DNA of 64,000 nucleotides, taken from positions 3,168,001-3,232,000 of the forward strand of contig OY764159.1 in NCBI GenBank assembly GCA_963668175.1, in the 5' to 3' direction. Shown here in pieces: positions 61,581 to 64,000 of the stretch. The notes under the pieces are model-generated. The model worked only from the letters and a program-made list of their open reading frames with translations. It searched no databases and had not been told where the DNA came from. Every line of letters begins with the position of its first letter. The stretch's first letter is position 1. The translations under genes were made by a program, and so were the position numbers. The DNA comes from Syntrophales bacterium. GTDB lineage: Bacteria; Desulfobacterota; Syntrophia; Syntrophales; PHBD01.

Positions 61581-61641
61581 TTGAGGTCACTTGAAGTCAG
61601 TTGACGACATTTGAAGTCAAGAAGATGCCATTTGAAGTCAT
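61581..61641. repeat. 10-bp-period direct repeat array TTGAAGTCAN
   Basis: Units at 61581, 61591, 61601, 61611 and 61632. Confidence 0.8.
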
Positions 61642-62146
61642 GACAAGCTCGCAGACCTTCTGGGGCAAAGTGAATTTCTCTCTTTTCCGCCCTTGACAAA
61701 TCCGCCTGAATCCCGGCCCCGAGCCGCCGGGCGGCATGTGCCTCCATCACGAAATGAACTATCTTATTAATGACTTGCACGATACCGGCGGCGGGCGTCT
61801 TCGCCCTTTGACGGGGCTGTTCACCGCGGGGGAGAGGCCGTTGTCCCGGCGGCCGCAGGCGAAATCACCGGGCTGTCCACGGCCGTGTCCACAACGCCTC
61901 TATACTCTATTTTTATTATTAATAGAGAGTGCGCCTGGAGGCGCACCCGGCATGCGCGGCCTAACTTTCGCCGCTTCCAGAACATTTTCCCGAATCCCGC
62001 TATTTTGCTCGCTGTTCGACGGACGAACATTTTCCGGCCGGTTTTTATTTGACAACAGAGCGGTTTTCAGATAGTCGATGGCCGGTAAAAATTGCATCTT
62101 ATTGCACCCATTAAAAAAACATTAACGAGACGAAGGAGGTAAGCTT

Positions 62147-63433
62147 ATGAACCACCGCGTGATGCGTTTTGTCGTTTTCCTGGCCGTCCTGGGCCTGCTT
62201 TTCGGGTTCGGTCCCGTAGCCGGCTCCGTCCAGGCCGCCGAAGGCGAAAAGATCATCAAGATCGGCACCATCTTCCCTCTCACGGGTCCGGTGGCTACGG
62301 CCGGCCAGCGCTGCCAGGCTGCGGTACAGACGGCCGTGGAGATCCTCAACAACAAGCACCCCGAAGTCAAGGTCCCTCTGGCCAATAAGGGCGGCATCTT
62401 GGGCGGCTACAAGATCGTCCTCGTCCATGCGGACAGCCAGGGCAAGGCCGACGTCGGCAAGGCCGAGGCCGAGCGCCTCATCAACCAGGAAAAGGTCTGG
62501 GGACTGATCGGCTCGTACAACAGCTCCGTGAGCATGCCCGCCAGCCTCGTGGCCGAGCGCGCCAAGAAGATCTTCATGTGCGGCTCCTCCAGCTCCGCGG
62601 CTCTGACCCAGCGTGAAAATATAAAATATTTCTTCCGCCTGGCCCCCACGGACGAGATCGAATCGGCCGAGTTTGTGGATGTCCTGAAGTGGATGAACAG
62701 TAAGAAGAAGGCCAATATCAAAACCCTCGGTCTTATTTATGAAAACAGCGTCTTCGGCAAGCATGCCGCCGAAGAAGCCAAGAAGGCAGCCGCCGCCGGC
62801 GGTTTCAAGGTCGTCGCCGATGTTCCCTTCACGCCGGGCGCCACGAACCTGAACAGCGAAATCCAGACCCTCAAGAAGGCCAACCCCGATGCACTCTTCG
62901 GAGCCGTCCTCGGCGCCGACTACTCTCTGATGGTCCGCACCGCGAAACAGATGGCCTGGCTGCCCAAGATCGCCATCAACTACTGCTCCGGTTATCAGGA
63001 CCCGGTCATCGCCAAACAGCTGGGCGGCGACGCCGACTTTTTCATGGGCTCCACGGCCTATTCGCCCCAGTTCGCGAGCCTAATGCCCGCCGTGGCCGCG
63101 GTCGAGAAGATATTCAAATCGAAGACCGGCGGCGTCCCCTATGACGGCGACAGCATCCAGGAGACGGTGGCTATGCTGGTCCTGGCTCAGGCCATCGAAA
63201 AGGCCGGCAACCTCGATCCCGACAAGGTCGCCCAGGTCCTCATGACCACCACGTTCGATTCGCCCATGTCCCTGGGAGGCAAAGTCAGCTTCGTGAAGGG
63301 CGGCCAGAACGCCAAGGCCCAGAGCATCATCACCCAGCTTCAGGGCGGCGAGTACAGACGGATCTATCCGGAAGCGTTGGCCGAAAAGAAGGCCAGCATC
63401 GTCTTCCCCATGAAAGCATGGGACAAGAGATAG
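62147..63433 (+). CDS. livK: ABC transporter substrate-binding protein (LivK/LivJ family)
   Basis: Signal peptide, IGTIFPLTG, YFFRLAP. Confidence 0.9.
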   Translation: MNHRVMRFVVFLAVLGLLFGFGPVAGSVQAAEGEKIIKIGTIFPLTGPVATAGQRCQAAVQTAVEILNNKHPEVKVPLANKGGILGGYKIVLVHADSQGKADVGKAEAERLINQEKVWGLIGSYNSSVSMPASLVAERAKKIFMCGSSSSAALTQRENIKYFFRLAPTDEIESAEFVDVLKWMNSKKKANIKTLGLIYENSVFGKHAAEEAKKAAAAGGFKVVADVPFTPGATNLNSEIQTLKKANPDALFGAVLGADYSLMVRTAKQMAWLPKIAINYCSGYQDPVIAKQLGGDADFFMGSTAYSPQFASLMPAVAAVEKIFKSKTGGVPYDGDSIQETVAMLVLAQAIEKAGNLDPDKVAQVLMTTTFDSPMSLGGKVSFVKGGQNAKAQSIITQLQGGEYRRIYPEALAEKKASIVFPMKAWDKR

Positions 63434-63708
63434 TTTATATTTAGCAGTCTTTCACATTGAGCAAAATTCCCGCCGGCGCAGGCAGACGTCCACACGGACT
63501 GTGCGTGCCCGGCGGGATTGCGGTTTGTTTGATCATTTGAATACGGCGCGCCGTAAGTGTGCTGCCGGTCATTGGAGACTAAAGCCCGGCCCTGGCGGCC
63601 GATGGCCCGCATGAAGATCTGCGGCGCGGAAAAGATTTATGCCGTACCTTGCGCAGGACAAAATCGGATCGACTGAAAACGGCCTGCCTTAAGGTAACAA
63701 AAGGTTCC

Positions 63709-64000
63709 ATGGAGACATTCGTACAAGTATTGATAGACGGCCTGCTTGCCGGCATGGTGTACGCCCTGGTGGCCGCCGGGCTCTGCCTCATCTGGGGCGT
63801 CATGGACGTCATCAACTTCGCCCACGGCGAATTCCTGATGATCGGCATGTACGTGAGCTACTGGCTGGGATTCCTGGCGAATGTCGACCCGGTCCTGTCC
63901 GTTTTCGCCTCTGCGGCCTTCGTCTTCATCCTGGGGGCGGTGACATACAAGCTCCTGATCCGCCATACGATCGGCAAGGCCGGTCTCGTGGCGCTCCTGG
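63709..64000 (+). CDS. livH: Branched-chain amino acid-type ABC permease (partial)
   Basis: Manual translation METFVQVLIDGLLAGMVYALVAAGLCLIWGVMDVINFAHGEF. Confidence 0.92.
   Translation, partial: METFVQVLIDGLLAGMVYALVAAGLCLIWGVMDVINFAHGEFLMIGMYVSYWLGFLANVDPVLSVFASAAFVFILGAVTYKLLIRHTIGKAGLVALL

Noticed and set aside
61581..61641. CRISPR array
   Set aside because: Units are 10 bp with no spacers, and there are no cas genes

Overview
GC-rich bacterial chromosomal window with about 60 CDS. Gene content (AbfD, acyl-CoA dehydrogenase, two Liv-type ABC transporters, radical SAM enzymes, an Xdh-family Mo-hydroxylase, sigma54 promoters) suggests an anaerobic Desulfobacterota/Syntrophales-like organism; this is inference. 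I recognised no rRNA, tRNA, CRISPR array, integrase or transposase. Most notable: two apparently separate ORFs (18310-18507, 18577-19704) form one reading frame interrupted by a single TGA at a rhodanese active-site motif (FYCA-U) and followed by a SECIS-like hairpin. This is a putative selenocysteine rhodanese fused to a patatin hydrolase. Other observations: a RelE/HigB-type toxin-antitoxin cassette flanked by a duplicated 3' end of the neighbouring CMD gene; a 10-bp-phased TTGAAGTCA array; a RAPP-terminated putative arrest peptide; a UbiA/rubredoxin/UbiG/hydrolase operon; a phasin-like gene with a PhaR-like operator; a codon-anomalous abfD-acd-ech block; and an uncharacterised Xdh/HisC/GNAT cluster. 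All calls come from reading the sequence and motifs by eye; no database searches were run.
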